From the NCBI GenBank assembly GCA_907165135.1, contig OU015567.1, positions 9,982,001 through 10,046,000 on the forward strand: a stretch of DNA of 64,000 bases, given 5' to 3'. Both the position numbers and the translations under genes were made by a program. Shown here in pieces: positions 61,122 to 64,000 of the stretch (position 1 is its first letter; each line of letters opens with the position of its first letter). Below the pieces are notes generated by a model that did no database searches, was not told where the DNA came from, and saw nothing but the letters and a program-made list of their open reading frames with translations. The DNA is from Oikopleura dioica. Lineage: Eukaryota; Animalia; Chordata.

Positions 61122-64000
61122 ATGAACAAAAAAGAACTGATGCATTGGGTTCAGAAATACTTCACGAGCGGAGATCCGGACACTCTTTTCTCGGACTTAC
61201 AAGAAATCGGTCATGGTGCCTTCGGAGCTGTCTATTGCGCGCTTGACGAGCGGCCAAAGTCAGCCACGCGTGGCCAAAACGTCGCCATCAAGAAAATGTC
61301 CTATTCGGGCAAGAGCGAAAAGTTCACCGACATCGTCCATGAAATCAAGCTCCTGGAGAGATTGAAGCACAAGAATATTGTGCGTCTCGAGGAGTGTTTT
61401 TTGAAAGACAAAGATCACATGGTCTGGATTGTCATGGAATACTGCCTCGGCAGCGCGTCAGATCTTGTCGATGTTCAGCCGGGGCGATTGCTAGAAAGCG
61501 AGGTCGCTCAAATCATCAGAGACGTCCTCCACGGCCTTAGCTATCTCCACAGCAACGAGATTATCCACAGAGACATCAAAGCAGGCAACATTCTTTTGTC
61601 CGAAAACGGTCTGGCAAAGGTCGCAGATTTCGGATCCGCTAGTAATAAATCTTCGGCGAACTCGTTCGTCGGATCGCCTTATTGGATGGCGCCGGAAGTG
61701 ATCTTGGCAATGGAAAGTGGAAGATATACTGGTGCAGTTGATCTTTGGTCCCTTGGAATAACATGTATAGAGATTGCTGATAGGAATGGGGCGTTATTTA
61801 ATCGGACTTGTATATCTGACTGTATTTTCAAAGAAATAAATTCTAGCCCTAAAACAGAAAACCGCCAATGTTCACCCAAAATGCGATGGCTGCTTTGTAC
61901 CAAATCGCCCAGTCTGATGCACCAACGCTAGACCAGAACGCCGACTGGTCCCATACATTTCATAGCTTTCTTTCCTGCCTGCTAAAAAAGAATCCTGAAG
62001 AGCGATTTACTGCCACAGAAGCCCTCCAACACAGCTGGTTCAAGGACAATAGAGAAAATCCACAGGAGCTTGTTGAGTTGATTGATAGAACTAAACGTCT
62101 GGTGCGCGAGCAGGATGAGAAACAAATCACGATGCAGTATAAGAAGATGCTTCGAATTTACAAGGGCGGAGATCCGCTTTCGAATATCCCGAGAGATGGC
62201 TCGATGCGTTCGAATTCTTCGAATCCAATTTCTGAAGACCGCTCTTCGGATGAAGAAGAAGAGGATGACGATCAAATGAGTTATCTTCAAAGTTCTACTT
62301 CTAGCGCCGCTTCTGATAAATCAGCCTTTCCGCTCAATCACAGTCTCTCCAGGCCACCAACGATCCGTCCGATTCGAAATACGCAGCCTCAGCAACAACA
62401 GCACGGAGGTGGTGTTGATCATTTTTCGGGAATGCCACCAATTTACAGCGTATCTTCTGGCTCAAGAGCATCAGGACCGCAAGACTTTTCCCAAGGACCA
62501 CTTGGGAACGGTTTGAGCACGATCCGACCAGTGACTCTAATGAGGAAGCAAGAAGAAGAGAGGATAAAAGTCTCCGCATTTCGTGAACAAATGGGCAACT
62601 ACAAGAAAATGCGACAAAGTCATCGTGCGATGATGCAAAATCTTGAGTCGACGCTTTCAAGTGAAATGGAAAACCACCAGCGAACGTTGCAAAATGAGCT
62701 TAACAACATGCGCAAGAAGCATCAAAAAGATCGCCAGAAACTTGCCAACCGTCGGCTACAATCCATCGAGCGACTTGAGAAAGAAGGCGAGCAAGAACTC
62801 CGAGCTTTTGACCGTCTTCTCTTTCAAAAGAAGAAGGCGAGAAAAAGTCGATGGAGGAAAAGCAGCGCGACGAAATGCGACGAGCAAATCAACGCTGGCG
62901 AGCGGGAGAGCTTCCAGCTGGCGTCACGAGAGATCAACAAAAACTCAGCTTTGGTCGAGCTCAAGCAGAGCATCTGAAGCACTTCGATCGGAAGCAAAAG
63001 CAAGAGCACGATATGGAACTGAGAAAATATAAAAGAAAACGACTGACCGCGAGGCATAATGAAGAGCAACAAATGCTCAATGATGAGCTCAATGAGAGAC
63101 TAGAACGCATGAATGAAGAAAATTCATTGATGAAAACTCATCATGATGTTACTCAGAAAATGGAGTATAATCATATGAAGGTTTAGACAGATTTTCTAGC
63201 TCTTTATCTAGTTCCCTCTTTAGCAAGTTCACGAGTTGCGGCTGCAGCACCAAAAGATGCAACATGATATGGAAATCAAAGCTCAAAAAGTTCACATGCA
63301 GCAGTTAGAACAAGACATGAGGTAAGAGACGAGTTTTCCTTGATTTTAGGTCTATACCTTTTGTCTAGTCAGCGTCATCGGCAGGCCTTGAAGCAAGCAC
63401 CAAAGAACATGAAAGAACAAGAAGCAAAGATAAAGAAGACCTATCACGAGAGTATTAACCTTATCGAGAAACAATATAAAGGTTCGTGCTATTCAAATTT
63501 CCCCTTTATTAATTTAAATCATTAGCGTTCAAAAATCACATCCTTGAGCGATTCAACAAAGCCGATGCCAAGAAACAGTTGAAAAAGATGAAATCAGAGA
63601 GGAAGCAACGTCTCGCGTTGATGTGGGAGCAGTATGAAAAAACTATTCATGATTTGAAAGAGGTAGAGAAGAAAAGCAAAACAAGAAACTTGCATTTTTA
63701 ATTTCAGGATAACAAAGATCACATAACCGAAGCTCAAAATCATGAGTCTGAAAAGCTCAAACGCAGCCTTCAGAAAGATCTCATTCTGCTCCAAGACTAT
63801 CAAGTAACAGTCCCTTTTCTGAATCAAGTCTACTTTATTTTCTCAGGCGAAGAGGCGGCAGCATTTCGAAGACATGAATCGAGACGAAGAAGCATCCCTA
63901 GCCGATAAAGTCTCCGTCAGACTGTCGTTGATCATGCAACGCGAGGAAAAAAGTCACGAGAGTCATCAAAACGAACGCGCGGCAAAAATAAGAGCTCTCT
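61122..64000 (+). CDS. TAOK: TAO kinase, truncated by the window end; apparent 1-nt frameshift near 62826
   Basis: LFSDLQEIGHGAFGAVY, ANSFVGSPYWMAPEVILAM, RKPPMF..NAMAALY and a long coiled-coil tail (FREQM.NYKKMR.SH). Confidence 0.92.

Overview
Gene-dense eukaryotic DNA with very short introns (about 30-100 nt), many non-canonical GA/GC/GG-AG introns, and same-strand gene runs spaced 50-180 bp apart with splice acceptors just before the ATGs. This pattern points to the larvacean tunicate Oikopleura (inferred, not proven). About 30 protein genes or gene fragments were reconstructed by hand: Grx-DEP-DUF547, COX4-like, a trypsin, GCNA, NDE1, RAB35, PRPF19, POLR1C, SDR39U1, PANK4, ENSA, a MAM-domain protein, a CHST-like protein, FGF11-14, B4GALT-like, PLAC8, an M14 carboxypeptidase, POMK, Aurora, TBPL1, E2F7/8, a partial TAOK and several orphans. 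There is one tRNA-Asp and four non-autonomous DNA transposons with clear TIRs and TSDs. Two highlights: (1) two unrelated MITEs sit in one Cys-rich gene, and their termini supply AG|GC donors and TAAG| acceptors that would splice them out in frame (introner-like); (2) the intracellular FGF gene has a tandem array of at least five short alternative first exons, all ending in phase 1 and most carrying an R-R/K-x-S/T motif. Exon boundaries were derived manually and may be off by a few bases. No database searches were run.
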